Shown: positions 37,162-46,802 of the stretch, piece after piece | Numbering within the stretch: the stretch's first letter is position 1 | Layout of the letters: the number at the start of each line of letters is the position of its first letter | Assembly (NCBI GenBank): GCA_052034805.1 | Contig: JBPOID010000005.1 | Location: 50,984 to 114,983 of the forward strand | DNA length: 64,000 nt | Direction: 5' to 3' | DNA from: Candidatus Tayloriibacteriota bacterium | GTDB taxonomy: Bacteria > Patescibacteriota > Minisyncoccia > Phycocordibacterales > PALSA-1337 | The notes under the pieces: generated by a model | What the model saw: the letters and a program-made list of their open reading frames with translations, nothing else | Database searches by the model: none | Told to the model about the DNA's origin: nothing | Position numbers and translations under genes: made by a program

Positions 37162-37574
37162 TGGGTACAACAACAAAAGAAGGTGTAATAAAGACCCTGT
37201 CTTTCATTACACTAATTCTCATCATAATAGGGACTGCAACCTATTTTAAATTCAAATACCACTCTAGCGGTGGCATCATGCAGTACATCGTCGGAGATGA
37301 TACGAAACCTCGTCATTCTCTAGTCATCACCGAAGATTGGTCCAAGTCAATCCCCATCAACGTCAACAGTTACCTAAGGGAAGACGAAACCTGGGTAGAA
37401 GTATGCGTGGTGGGAGGCGGTACAAACGGTGACTTCATCTATGATGTTCCTCCGAAAAGCATGAGGGGGAACGACTGGAGGCCACCAGAGCTCAAAGGTA
37501 TATCTCTACGATACCGACTGGCTCCTGGAAAGAACAAAGTTAAGTCAGCAGAAATATTCTATGTTATGAAGTAG
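37158..37574 (+). CDS. small membrane-anchored protein, possibly the NfeD-like partner of the SPFH protein
   Basis: Overlaps the SPFH gene stop (ATGA), has an N-terminal TM and a beta-rich C-terminal domain. The pairing with SPFH is an inference from the known SPFH-NfeD operon arrangement. Confidence 0.3.
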   Translation: MMGTTTKEGVIKTLSFITLILIIIGTATYFKFKYHSSGGIMQYIVGDDTKPRHSLVITEDWSKSIPINVNSYLREDETWVEVCVVGGGTNGDFIYDVPPKSMRGNDWRPPELKGISLRYRLAPGKNKVKSAEIFYVMK

Positions 37575-37591
37575 GGAAACATAGAATGCAA

Positions 37592-37629
37592 AAAGGGCGC
37601 CACATTAGTGAACGCCCTTTCTTTTTATC
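37592..37629 (+). terminator. intrinsic terminator
   Basis: aagggcgccacattagtgaacgccctt followed by TCTTTTTAT. Confidence 0.6.
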
Positions 37630-37640
37630 TATAAAATATT

Positions 37641-37958
37641 CTAGAAAAATGGATCTGGTACTCCTATAGTATTTGCTATAACTCTTATTATTCCATAAGC
37701 ACATACCATAATAAACATACCGACAACACCCCATAATATATGCTTTTGACCTTCTTGTCTTGCACTAGGATCATCACCGCTTCTTATGAGTTTGAATACT
37801 CCTAAAATAAACATAAATACAGTAAATACAAATAAAAGAGTAATAAGAGGTAATACTATAACATTTACTATGTTTGTTATAAGAGGTCCAGCTACAGGAT
37901 TATTTGCGACTTTAGAGAAAGTCTGTGCATAAGCTATATTTGCCATTAAAGCTAACAT
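37641..37958 (-). CDS. small TM-loop-TM protein, VirB2/TrbC-pilin-like architecture (paralog 4, short pre-sequence)
   Basis: AYA|QTF junction, then two hydrophobic helices separated by a charged loop (RSGDDPSARQEGQKHILW). Paralogous to the next three genes. Confidence 0.45.
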   Translation of the reverse strand: MLALMANIAYAQTFSKVANNPVAGPLITNIVNVIVLPLITLLFVFTVFMFILGVFKLIRSGDDPSARQEGQKHILWGVVGMFIMVCAYGIIRVIANTIGVPDPFF

Positions 37959-37967
37959 AGTTATGTA

Positions 37968-38333
37968 TTATATTCCTACTGGATTTGGAAGAGTTGCTGT
38001 TTCGTTTATTTTCTGTGTAGGTGTACGATCTTGTGTTGCAAATGAAGTCTTTAATATATTTACAAGTCCCCAAATAGATAATATAAGGAAAAGTCCTAAT
38101 ACTCCGTAGAATACTGCCCAACCTCCCTTCTTTCTATCGTCTTCGCCACCAGCTATAAGATATCTAACAATACTTATAATAATCCATAGAACAGCAAGAG
38201 ATATGGCTAAAGCAATTATAAGATTTCCTATATTTGTACCCTTTTGTGCTACATCATTTATATTATTTAATTGACTCTGAGCAAAGGCCAAAGATGGCAT
38301 AAAAGCTAAAACAAATGCAATGATTTTTTTCAT
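37968..38333 (-). CDS. small secreted TM-loop-TM protein, VirB2/TrbC-pilin-like architecture (paralog 3)
   Basis: Signal peptide ending AFA|QSQ, then TM1, loop AGGEDDRKKGGW, and TM2. Confidence 0.5.
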   Translation of the reverse strand: MKKIIAFVLAFMPSLAFAQSQLNNINDVAQKGTNIGNLIIALAISLAVLWIIISIVRYLIAGGEDDRKKGGWAVFYGVLGLFLILSIWGLVNILKTSFATQDRTPTQKINETATLPNPVGI

Positions 38334-38420
38334 AAAATAAAAAATAATTAATAAACTTTTCTATATTGTATCAATATACTATGTATAATACAAATACTAT
38401 TGTGGATACAAATGACGATA

Positions 38421-38837
38421 TTATGGCGTACTAGCACTAGGTATAACATTACCTGGATTCAAACTACTATTATTCGATGAACTACCATTAAAAGGCCATG
38501 ATGGTCTACTATTAGGCAAATTAAGAGAATTACCCAGTAAAGCTACCAATCCCCAGAAAGATAATATAACGAAAAATCCTATAGTACTGTATAGAACATA
38601 CATACCAGCTTCCTTTTTATCCTTTTCTGTAAAGAAATATCTATATACATTCCAAATAAAAGTAACTATTGCAAAAGATATAATAAGTTTTATACCTATG
38701 GTCAAATATTCAGTAACCAAAACAGCCACGCATTTCAATGTATAAGGTGTACATGAACTAGATGTTTGCGCTTCACTTATAAATGGCAATGCTAATAATA
38801 GTGATAATAATGCTATTTTGATTATATTCTTTTTCAT
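38421..38837 (-). CDS. small secreted TM-loop-TM protein, VirB2/TrbC-pilin-like architecture (paralog 2)
   Basis: Signal peptide ending SEA|QTSS, then TM1, loop TEKDKKEAGMY, TM2, and a Ser/Asn-rich tail. Confidence 0.5.
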   Translation of the reverse strand: MKKNIIKIALLSLLLALPFISEAQTSSSCTPYTLKCVAVLVTEYLTIGIKLIISFAIVTFIWNVYRYFFTEKDKKEAGMYVLYSTIGFFVILSFWGLVALLGNSLNLPNSRPSWPFNGSSSNNSSLNPGNVIPSASTP

Positions 38838-38854
38838 ATTTTTTATATTATAAT

Positions 38855-39301
38855 TTATTTCTTAAGCAAACTCTCATTTACCAAACCACTAGAAGTAAGA
38901 GTATTCTGTACAACAGAGACTATCAATTTTGCACTTATAAGCACTGCAGTACCTATAACTGCATATAGAAACCATGATTTGGCTTCACTCAATGCTTTAT
39001 CATTACCTTGAGCCATAACGAATTTGAAACCAATCCATATAAACATAAGTACAGCCACTATCATACCGATAAACATAGCCATATCTACTACAGAGAATAA
39101 TAATTCAGTCACACTATTGGCTTTAAGAGGATTACTAAGTGTTGGAAAAACAGAATTATTTATAGGTGAAGTATTATTCAATGATTGTTTAGAACTTGTA
39201 TCATTCAAAGGTTGTTGACTTCCAGATTGAGCAAATACAGGAACAGAACTTATTATGAATAATGTAATTATGATTAATGAGGAAATTAGAAATTTTTTCA
39301 T
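38855..39301 (-). CDS. small secreted TM-loop-TM protein, VirB2/TrbC-pilin-like architecture (paralog 1)
   Basis: Signal peptide ending VFA|QSGS, then TM1, loop AQGNDKALSEAKSW, and TM2. Confidence 0.5.
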   Translation of the reverse strand: MKKFLISSLIIITLFIISSVPVFAQSGSQQPLNDTSSKQSLNNTSPINNSVFPTLSNPLKANSVTELLFSVVDMAMFIGMIVAVLMFIWIGFKFVMAQGNDKALSEAKSWFLYAVIGTAVLISAKLIVSVVQNTLTSSGLVNESLLKK

Positions 39302-39306
39302 ATTTT

Positions 39307-40989
39307 TTATTTTATAAAGGTAGTTACTCCAGAATCACTTTTTGCAATATAATCTACTATAGTTCTCACTCCTATCCACGCTACAAGCATTATTATAAAC
39401 CCAATTGCCGTAGTTACAAATATGGATTTAGCTTTTGATATATTTTTTGATATACCTGTCATATATAGAAGTCCAGCCCAAGCAAACATAGCAGTAGCAA
39501 TAGGAATAGATATTAGGAACATCCATGTTATAAGACCTAATATTGTATCTATAAGAGCTTTGAAATCGCATACTTTATCTCTATATGTCTCTCCCTTTTT
39601 CAATACTCCATCGCATTTTACGAAACCACTATAGTCCAATACAGAAGCCATCATATTGCTTATTGCTGAATGTTTCTTTATCTCTACAGATAAAGGATTT
39701 TGTAATGATAGATCTAATTCCCCACTTGCAGTTTGTATAGCATCATAAACATTAGTTCTACCACTTGTTATTGATTCGATCATTTTCTGGAATATTTGAT
39801 TTGTTCTAGAAGAATTCATATCTAACCAAGATTTAGATATTAGAGCAGCATCATAGAAAATAGATTGATAAGGATCGGATGAACCAGTAGCTATCATATC
39901 TCTTCTTACTGGTGGCAAATATGTGATTTGATTCAAAGATGCCAAAGCACTTGGATCCGTAAGTATTTTGAATATTGTATATACAGAACTTTGATTCTTT
40001 GAAGCTTTCACTATTGATAATCCATACATAGAACCATAATTAACGGAATTTTTTGCATCTCTTATTTGTGGTAATGTTGTTACATCGAAACTAATATTCA
40101 CATTTTTTTGTTTTATATCAAAAAGTTCTGAAGCAAAGCCGAAATAAGTAGCTAATGAGCCAGACAAAAATGCACTTTTTGAATTCGGCAATGATCTATT
40201 CCATGAATAATCTGCATTATTAGGATCAGAAAACTTTGTGAATAATTCTACAGCAGAAGTAGTCAATCTCGAACCAGAATATTGACCATCGCCTAGAGAA
40301 CTTACTAATGCATCACCTTTATTTGAAACAACAGGATTTCCGTATTGAAGAATAAGAGAACCTAATATTTCTTTTGCATTATTTATATTTGCAAATTCAC
40401 CCATAGCTATCGCTGTTCTACGTATATTAGAATTAGAATCTTTTGTATTTATTTTTGATATTAAATTATCAAATTCATCCCAATATTTCGGAGGAAGGGC
40501 TATCCTTGCATTTGTAAATATATCTTTATTCCAATACATTACTAGAGGATCAATAGTAAAAGGTATAGCCAAAGCTCCATCATTCGATAAATAAAGTTCG
40601 GCTTGAGCTATATATGTATTTTTGAAATCTCTTTCGGAGAGAATACTATAAGGTATAGGTAAAACCTTATCTCTATGTCTCAATATCATATTCTGAGGTA
40701 TAAGTATTGCATCAGGACCAGCACCACGAGCCAAAGCTTCTATAAAATCTTGATCGAATTTATCTTTTGATTTCTGTGTATAGTTTATAGATATTTGGAA
40801 ATTACTTGTGCTGTTTATTTTCTGCATTAGATTATTCACCGATTCAGCTGGAAAAGTTCCCCATATCGATATAACTGGTAATTCTGTATTTGTACTTTCT
40901 GATTTGTAAGTAGCGAAAAGCGCAACACCAACTATTATACAAATAACGAAAATTGCTATTGTTATGATTTGAAATTTACTAGTATTCAT
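39307..40989 (-). CDS. membrane-tethered extracellular solute-binding-protein-like domain fused to a C-terminal TM-loop-TM module homologous to the four small proteins
   Basis: N-terminal TM; a large domain with SBP family-1-like AIPFTIDPLVMYWNKDIF; C-terminus MFAWAGLLYMTGISKNISKAKSIFVTTAIGFIIMLVAWIG aligns with MFIWIGFKFVMAQGNDKALSEAKSWFLYAVIGTAVLISAKLIV of ORF 38855..39301. Confidence 0.55.
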   Translation of the reverse strand: MNTSKFQIITIAIFVICIIVGVALFATYKSESTNTELPVISIWGTFPAESVNNLMQKINSTSNFQISINYTQKSKDKFDQDFIEALARGAGPDAILIPQNMILRHRDKVLPIPYSILSERDFKNTYIAQAELYLSNDGALAIPFTIDPLVMYWNKDIFTNARIALPPKYWDEFDNLISKINTKDSNSNIRRTAIAMGEFANINNAKEILGSLILQYGNPVVSNKGDALVSSLGDGQYSGSRLTTSAVELFTKFSDPNNADYSWNRSLPNSKSAFLSGSLATYFGFASELFDIKQKNVNISFDVTTLPQIRDAKNSVNYGSMYGLSIVKASKNQSSVYTIFKILTDPSALASLNQITYLPPVRRDMIATGSSDPYQSIFYDAALISKSWLDMNSSRTNQIFQKMIESITSGRTNVYDAIQTASGELDLSLQNPLSVEIKKHSAISNMMASVLDYSGFVKCDGVLKKGETYRDKVCDFKALIDTILGLITWMFLISIPIATAMFAWAGLLYMTGISKNISKAKSIFVTTAIGFIIMLVAWIGVRTIVDYIAKSDSGVTTFIK

Positions 40990-41510
40990 GATTTTTTAAA
41001 AATAATACCATAATGATGATCACCTGCATCGAATTTCTTTTCAATAGAAAATCCTGCTTTTTCGAATATTCCTTCGGCAAACATTTGGGGTACTAGAGAT
41101 TTCGGACTCAAAGGACTACCAGAATCCCAATCTATGACCAATAATTTTCCTCCTGGTTTTATTATTCTTTTTATTTCTAAAGCGAGATTATCTCTATTTT
41201 CTGGAGATATTTGGAATAGAATATTAGAAAGTATAACCCTATCAGCTATAGCTTCACGAACCTTTGTGCCTCCTATTTTCTCTATATTCCCCCAGATAAT
41301 CTCTATATTATATAAATTAAGATTATTTGCTGTTCTTTTTATTTTATCTAGTAATTCTTGTTGAACATCTATAGCATAAACTCTGCCACTAGGGCCAACA
41401 GCCTTGGCGACTTCTATAGTATAAAATCCAGATCCAGCACCGAGATCAACAACTTTCATACCAGGCATAAGTCCCAGTTCTAAAATATTCTTTTTTGGAT
41501 CAGAGAACAT
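40986..41510 (-). CDS. class I SAM-dependent methyltransferase
   Basis: Motif I VVDLGAGSGFYT and motif II-like VYAIDV. Its stop overlaps the start of the downstream SBP-fusion gene (ATGA). Confidence 0.75.
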   Translation of the reverse strand: MFSDPKKNILELGLMPGMKVVDLGAGSGFYTIEVAKAVGPSGRVYAIDVQQELLDKIKRTANNLNLYNIEIIWGNIEKIGGTKVREAIADRVILSNILFQISPENRDNLALEIKRIIKPGGKLLVIDWDSGSPLSPKSLVPQMFAEGIFEKAGFSIEKKFDAGDHHYGIIFKKS

Positions 41511-41601
41511 GAGTTTATTATACCCTTTTGTGTATTATTGAGCTATAAAGATTTGTGTATAAACTTGAACAATATCTCTTTTTAGGGTATTTTAATAGTA
41601 T

Positions 41602-41672
41602 TGCCGGCTCGTCTAATGGTAGGACACATCCCTCTGGAGGATGTTATTGGGGTTCGAGTCCCTGGCCGGCAG
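41602..41672 (+). tRNA. tRNA-Gln (anticodon CTG)
   Basis: Acceptor tgccggc/gccggca, D-arm TCGTCTAATGGTAGGAC, anticodon stem catcc/ggatg with loop CTCTGGA, and T-loop TTCGAGT. Confidence 0.8.
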
Positions 41673-41746
41673 CAATGGAAATTTGGAACGACTAACGAAA
41701 GAGCGAGAGACGATTATATATGATATAATTTAATCTATAAATATAT

Positions 41747-42307
41747 ATGAACAAAAAAATAATTTGGGGGATTATTATTGTGGTTATATTAATTCTAGGA
41801 ATAGTGACGGTGCAGAGAGGATATTTGAAACACTTAAATCGCCCAGACTTGGATAATAAGACTGTAACCGCTCCAGTAAGTAACTGGAAAATTTATTCAT
41901 ACCCTAATAAATACCAATTTAGCTATCCTGCAAATACACAGATTGAAGAAACGAAAGAGAGTGGGATTTCAGAAATCACTGTAATATTTACTGAAGACTG
42001 GATGAATTCATTCGATGTCACAATTCCACCTGAAGTTGCGTATTGTTCCTCCAATCCTTATAAAAATTATATAACCTTAAAAGGTTCGACTGTTACAGAA
42101 AATAAAGTGACTATTAATGGAAACGAGTATCGACACTTGCAACATGTTGATACATCGCTTAAAACGGTCACTTATAACGAAGATAAATATTATCTAGTTA
42201 AAGATAATACCTGTTATATGCTTACTGTTAAGACCAATAATAAAGTCGACCCCATCATCAAAACAAATATTGAAAAAATACTTTCGACATTTACATTAGT
42301 GAATTAG
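41747..42307 (+). CDS. membrane-anchored hypothetical protein
   Basis: N-terminal TM followed by a beta-rich domain; no motif I recognise. Confidence 0.45.
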   Translation: MNKKIIWGIIIVVILILGIVTVQRGYLKHLNRPDLDNKTVTAPVSNWKIYSYPNKYQFSYPANTQIEETKESGISEITVIFTEDWMNSFDVTIPPEVAYCSSNPYKNYITLKGSTVTENKVTINGNEYRHLQHVDTSLKTVTYNEDKYYLVKDNTCYMLTVKTNNKVDPIIKTNIEKILSTFTLVN

Positions 42308-42316
42308 AAAAAATCA

Positions 42317-42745
42317 ATGAATAAAGGCATCAACATAGGGATCGTATTTTTTTCAGTCGGAATCTTATTGACGTCCTACATCCTAATCAAAAATATTCCT
42401 TTGAGTAAAAATGGAGTTGTCACTGAGGGAACAGTTATTCAGCTTATTACAAAAAGAAATCCCAATTATCGTAACACTCGCTGGATTACCCAGAATATAC
42501 CCATTATTAGCTTCAGGACTGCGGATAATCATGAATTTAGGACTCAAGGATGTTCTGATTGTTATTATATAGGCGAGAAAGTGTCTATTGTTTATGATCC
42601 AAAAAATCCTACAAATGCAGAGGTTAACTCGAAGCGGTTATTTATTGAGTCGATTTATTATTTAGTGGGTTTTATTATTTTCCTTATTATTTTTATAAGG
42701 CTAAAAACCAAAATACGCCACAACCCAAAATATTCTATAATATAA
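42317..42745 (+). CDS. DUF3592-like protein (TM, small beta domain, TM)
   Basis: Architecture and the GTVIQL...KVSIVYDPKNP segment resemble DUF3592. Confidence 0.45.
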   Translation: MNKGINIGIVFFSVGILLTSYILIKNIPLSKNGVVTEGTVIQLITKRNPNYRNTRWITQNIPIISFRTADNHEFRTQGCSDCYYIGEKVSIVYDPKNPTNAEVNSKRLFIESIYYLVGFIIFLIIFIRLKTKIRHNPKYSII

Positions 42746-42748
42746 CCC

Positions 42749-43195
42749 ATGAAAGAAATCACTCTTCACAATCAATGGATTATCGAAGCTCCTATAGATA
42801 ATGTATTCAAAATAATGACTGATTTTGAAAAATTCCCAGAACATTTTCCTAAAGTAGCTGAATCAATACGTATAGAAAAACGTGATGAGAATTATCTAGA
42901 AATAGAAGCAATTGCGAAATCATTTGGTAAGAAATTCAAAGTAAAAATGAAAACCCAAATTCTTCCTAATAGAGGTTTTATATCAGATAATAATAGCCAT
43001 GAATTCGGAACTTCTGGACATGAGGAATTATTACTTTCTCCACATGAAAAAGGAACTCTAATAGACTATACATATAAAGTTACAATTCATAAAAGATGGT
43101 TAAGTATTTTAGCTACACCACTTATACGTTGGTATTCTATGAAATATTGGGAGAAAGCAGTTATTGATGAGTTGAAGAAAATTTTGAAGAAATAA
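42749..43195 (+). CDS. SRPBCC (START/Bet v1-like, polyketide cyclase-like) family protein
   Basis: 148 aa with the alternating beta pattern and a C-terminal helix typical of SRPBCC (...WIIEAPIDNVFKIMTDFEKFPEHFP...). Confidence 0.5.
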   Translation: MKEITLHNQWIIEAPIDNVFKIMTDFEKFPEHFPKVAESIRIEKRDENYLEIEAIAKSFGKKFKVKMKTQILPNRGFISDNNSHEFGTSGHEELLLSPHEKGTLIDYTYKVTIHKRWLSILATPLIRWYSMKYWEKAVIDELKKILKK

Positions 43196-43241
43196 TACTT
43201 ACCCACAATGCACAATATATAACATACTATATAATATACTG

Positions 43242-44129
43242 ATGAATTTTAGAGGGTTACATTTTCACCACTTAAAAGATAAGAACTTTCATAGATTATT
43301 ATTTATAACTATTGCTATTCTAGGTTCTATAAATATTTATTATACATATAACTATGTTGTCTATGATCCACTACGAGAAGATTTTAATAAAAATATAGGT
43401 AAGAAATATAATTTAGAATTAGATTTACAGAAAAAAGAAGAGGAGGTAAAAACTGGGTCCATAAAGATACCCATACTTATATATCATAGTGTTAGAGATC
43501 ATATAAATGGTGAAGATAATATGCTCAAATATTATACAGTTTCGCCAGAATCCTTTACCAAGCAAATGCAATATCTAAAAGATAATAATTATTCTGTATT
43601 AAGTTTGGATTTTATAGCTGATGCATTAGAAGAAAATATACCAGTTCCAGAAAAAAGTGTTGCTATAACATTTGATGATGGATGGAGAAATCAATACGTG
43701 AACGCATATCCTATACTTAGAAGATTCGGCTATACAGCTACTTTCTTTATAATCACTAATACTATAGACAAACCCCATTTCTTCTCTTGGGATCAAGTTA
43801 GACTGATGAATAATAACGGAATGACAATAGGTAGCCATACTGTATTTCATCCTTTCTTACCAGAAATAGAAAATCCAAAAGAATTACAAAAAGAATTAGT
43901 AAATAGTAAAAAAGTTATAGAAGAAAAACTAGGACATACTGTAGATATATTCGCATATCCTTATGGACATTATAATGATGAAGTGGTAAATGCAGTAAAA
44001 TCTGCCGGATACAAACTAGCTCGTTCTACACATAAAGGTATATATCATACAAAATCAGATCTATTCACAATGAAAGGTATAGAAGTTACAGATGATATGA
44101 AAAGATTTGCGATTGATATAAATAATTAG
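43242..44129 (+). CDS. polysaccharide deacetylase (NodB homology domain), membrane anchored
   Basis: TFDDGW motif, a HTVFHP His box and the following NodB motifs. Confidence 0.8.
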   Translation: MNFRGLHFHHLKDKNFHRLLFITIAILGSINIYYTYNYVVYDPLREDFNKNIGKKYNLELDLQKKEEEVKTGSIKIPILIYHSVRDHINGEDNMLKYYTVSPESFTKQMQYLKDNNYSVLSLDFIADALEENIPVPEKSVAITFDDGWRNQYVNAYPILRRFGYTATFFIITNTIDKPHFFSWDQVRLMNNNGMTIGSHTVFHPFLPEIENPKELQKELVNSKKVIEEKLGHTVDIFAYPYGHYNDEVVNAVKSAGYKLARSTHKGIYHTKSDLFTMKGIEVTDDMKRFAIDINN

Positions 44130-44164
44130 ATTGATAAAAATAATTAGAAAATCAAGACGATATA

Positions 44165-44836
44165 CTAAGATGAAACTGATATTTCATAATCTCTATGGAA
44201 AATTATTTGGGATATTCTGTATATTCCATGAACAATAAAGAATGCAGACAGAACATCTATAGTGTAATGCACATGTGCTAATAGAACTACTATTCCGAAC
44301 ATTATAGATAATAATATAAAAATAGTTCTTATCCATTTTTTATCCCAATACAGAAGCGCCATGAGAAATGGCAATCCAGTATGACCAGAGAAAAATGAAT
44401 CATTACCCAAAAACAATGATTCATATAGATTAGTACCTATAATATCTTGTATGAAATTCTGTGAACTAGGATTGATTATCATATGTTCAGGGAAAGCTCC
44501 TATATGTGTAAGAACTATAAATAAAGATCTTATAATAATGAAAAGTGCTATTGTCTTTACGGTGAAAGGAATCCTTTTTGGATCATATAGACAAACAAAA
44601 GCAATAAATAAAGTCATGAGCATTGCCCCATTTACGAATATCCCATCCACATCATAAACTCTTATATTACTTAGAATAAGATCAGTTACAGGACTACTAG
44701 CGCTTCTGGTAGCGTATTCTACTGCATAGATATTTATTATAAAACCAGCAGCTAATATAACGAGAGATATTATTAGAGATAATAAATAATGTTTATCTTT
44801 AAAGTGTATTTTATATTGTCTTATAGAGTTCTTCAT
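44165..44836 (-). CDS. PAP2-like (acid phosphatase/phosphotransferase superfamily) membrane protein
   Basis: Trimmed to the ATG preceded by gaagagg (MKNSIRQY...). FSGHTGL (PSGH-like) and LLAHVHYTIDV (H...D box) motifs on a polytopic scaffold. Confidence 0.45.
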   Translation of the reverse strand: MKNSIRQYKIHFKDKHYLLSLIISLVILAAGFIINIYAVEYATRSASSPVTDLILSNIRVYDVDGIFVNGAMLMTLFIAFVCLYDPKRIPFTVKTIALFIIIRSLFIVLTHIGAFPEHMIINPSSQNFIQDIIGTNLYESLFLGNDSFFSGHTGLPFLMALLYWDKKWIRTIFILLSIMFGIVVLLAHVHYTIDVLSAFFIVHGIYRISQIIFHRDYEISVSS

Positions 44837-44895
44837 TGCCTCTTCGTTTACAATAAAAGATTGACCTATTATATAATAAAAGATACAATTATTCA

Positions 44896-45480
44896 ATGTT
44901 ATCTTGGTTTATTTCTCTTATACTGACTTACAAATATCCATTACTTTTGATTATTGCTATACCAGAAGGTCCAGTTATAATGCTTTTATCTGGAGCATTG
45001 CTCAAACTTGGTTTTCTTTCTTTTTGGCCAGCATATATTTGTTTAATGATCGGCGATATGATAGCCGATATTATGTGGTATTGGATAGGATACTTCGGTG
45101 GAATGAAATTCGTTGATAGATTCGGTAAATATTTTGGAATAACTAGACATAGAATAGAAATCGTCAGTTTGTTCTATCACAAATATCATGAAAGAATATT
45201 ATTTATATCAAAGATAACTACAGGTTTCGGTTTTGCACTTATCACTCTTATTACAGCTGGATTGGTAAAGATACCATTCAAGAAATATTTTATATTGAAT
45301 TTCCTAGGTGGATTTATATGGGCAGGATTGCTCATGTCTCTGGGTTATACTTTCCAACATCTTTATGTGACTATAGACAATATACTAGGACGTATTACTA
45401 TTATAGGTGTAAGTGCCTTACTTATTATCTTGATAATAAATATTGGAATTAGAATACGTAATAAAATAGAGAAAACATAA
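44896..45480 (+). CDS. DedA/VTT-domain membrane protein
   Basis: PEGPVIMLLSGALL...GDMIADIMWYWIGYFGG is characteristic of the DedA family. Confidence 0.7.
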   Translation: MLSWFISLILTYKYPLLLIIAIPEGPVIMLLSGALLKLGFLSFWPAYICLMIGDMIADIMWYWIGYFGGMKFVDRFGKYFGITRHRIEIVSLFYHKYHERILFISKITTGFGFALITLITAGLVKIPFKKYFILNFLGGFIWAGLLMSLGYTFQHLYVTIDNILGRITIIGVSALLIILIINIGIRIRNKIEKT

Positions 45481-45493
45481 TAAAATAAAAAAT

Positions 45494-46210
45494 ATGAAAA
45501 AAGTAAGTGTGATAATACCAGCTCATAATGAAGAAAATGATATAGGAAAAACATTAGAAGCTTTGCTTGTTCAAGATTATAAAGATATAGAAATAATAGT
45601 AATAGATAATGCTAGTACAGACAAAACTTCTGAAGTAGCTAGAAGATATAAAAGTGTAACTGTTCTAAACGAAAGCAGAAAGGGTACTAATTTTGCCCTA
45701 GAATGTGGAAGAAAGCAGACAACTGGAGAAATAATAGCTAGACTAGATGCGGATTGTCTACCAGAGAAGAATTGGATAAGTCAGGGTGTCAAAAACTTTG
45801 AAGATAACAATGTCGTCGGACTTACTGGACCTTATGATTATTATGATGCTGATAATTTCTTTAGATATACTTCCCTATTTTTCCAAAAATATATATACAG
45901 ATTCACAAGTTGGCTATTCCAATTGCTTCATATAGGAGCAATAATGACTGGTGGTAATAGTATGATGAAAGCCAAAGAATTAGATCTTATGGGTGGCTTT
46001 GATACATCTTTTACATTTTATGGAGATGATACAGATGTTGCAAAAAGATTGTCGAAATATGGACGTGTAGCATTTGACCCTAATTTCGTATTGAAAACTT
46101 CAGCCAGAAGATTCAAAAAACAAGGTGAATTCAAGATATTCTTCCTTTATTTCTATTATTTCTTAAAAACAACATTCTATAGACCCAAGAAAAATCTAAA
46201 AAATAATTAG
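45494..46210 (+). CDS. family 2 glycosyltransferase
   Basis: VSVIIPAHNEE...IIVIDNASTDKT and a DAD/DxD box. Confidence 0.8.
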   Translation: MKKVSVIIPAHNEENDIGKTLEALLVQDYKDIEIIVIDNASTDKTSEVARRYKSVTVLNESRKGTNFALECGRKQTTGEIIARLDADCLPEKNWISQGVKNFEDNNVVGLTGPYDYYDADNFFRYTSLFFQKYIYRFTSWLFQLLHIGAIMTGGNSMMKAKELDLMGGFDTSFTFYGDDTDVAKRLSKYGRVAFDPNFVLKTSARRFKKQGEFKIFFLYFYYFLKTTFYRPKKNLKNN

Positions 46211-46231
46211 GAGAATAGTTAGAAAAATAAA

Positions 46232-46774
46232 ATGGATGAGATAAAAAACAATACAGCAGAACAATCTCCACATTTGATAAAGTTATTTATAGCAATAGGA
46301 GCTACTCTTTATTTTTTATATTATATTAGAACTTCTACTGATTGGCATTTTATTGATAATGTAAATCTCATAATACATGAAGCCGGACATACTCTATGCT
46401 TTTTCTTTGGTCAATTTATACAAATACTAGCCGGATCAGCATTGCAAATATTATTTCCTACTACATTTTCATTATATTTTTATATAAAAGGAGATTATTA
46501 TTCTAGTTCATTATTACTTTTCTGGATTGGGCAAAATATAATAAATGTATCTATATATGTATCAGATTCTATAATTATGCAATTGCCATTATTAGGTGGT
46601 GACAATGTTATTCATGATTGGAATTATATATTAAGCAGACTTGGAATATTACAATACGCCAATAGTATTGGATCATTTATGTTTCTATTAGGAATTATTA
46701 CTATAATAATAGCTTCTTATTTTTCTATAACTACATCACAGAGAGAAAAAGAAAAAGTTAATAACTTAATATAA
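46232..46774 (+). CDS. small polytopic membrane protein with an HExxH motif (putative membrane metallopeptidase)
   Basis: IIHEAGHTLCF sits within or near a TM segment. Family not recognised. Confidence 0.35.
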   Translation: MDEIKNNTAEQSPHLIKLFIAIGATLYFLYYIRTSTDWHFIDNVNLIIHEAGHTLCFFFGQFIQILAGSALQILFPTTFSLYFYIKGDYYSSSLLLFWIGQNIINVSIYVSDSIIMQLPLLGGDNVIHDWNYILSRLGILQYANSIGSFMFLLGIITIIIASYFSITTSQREKEKVNNLI

Positions 46775-46802
46775 TTTTTATTAATTAGGATGATATAATT
46801 GT

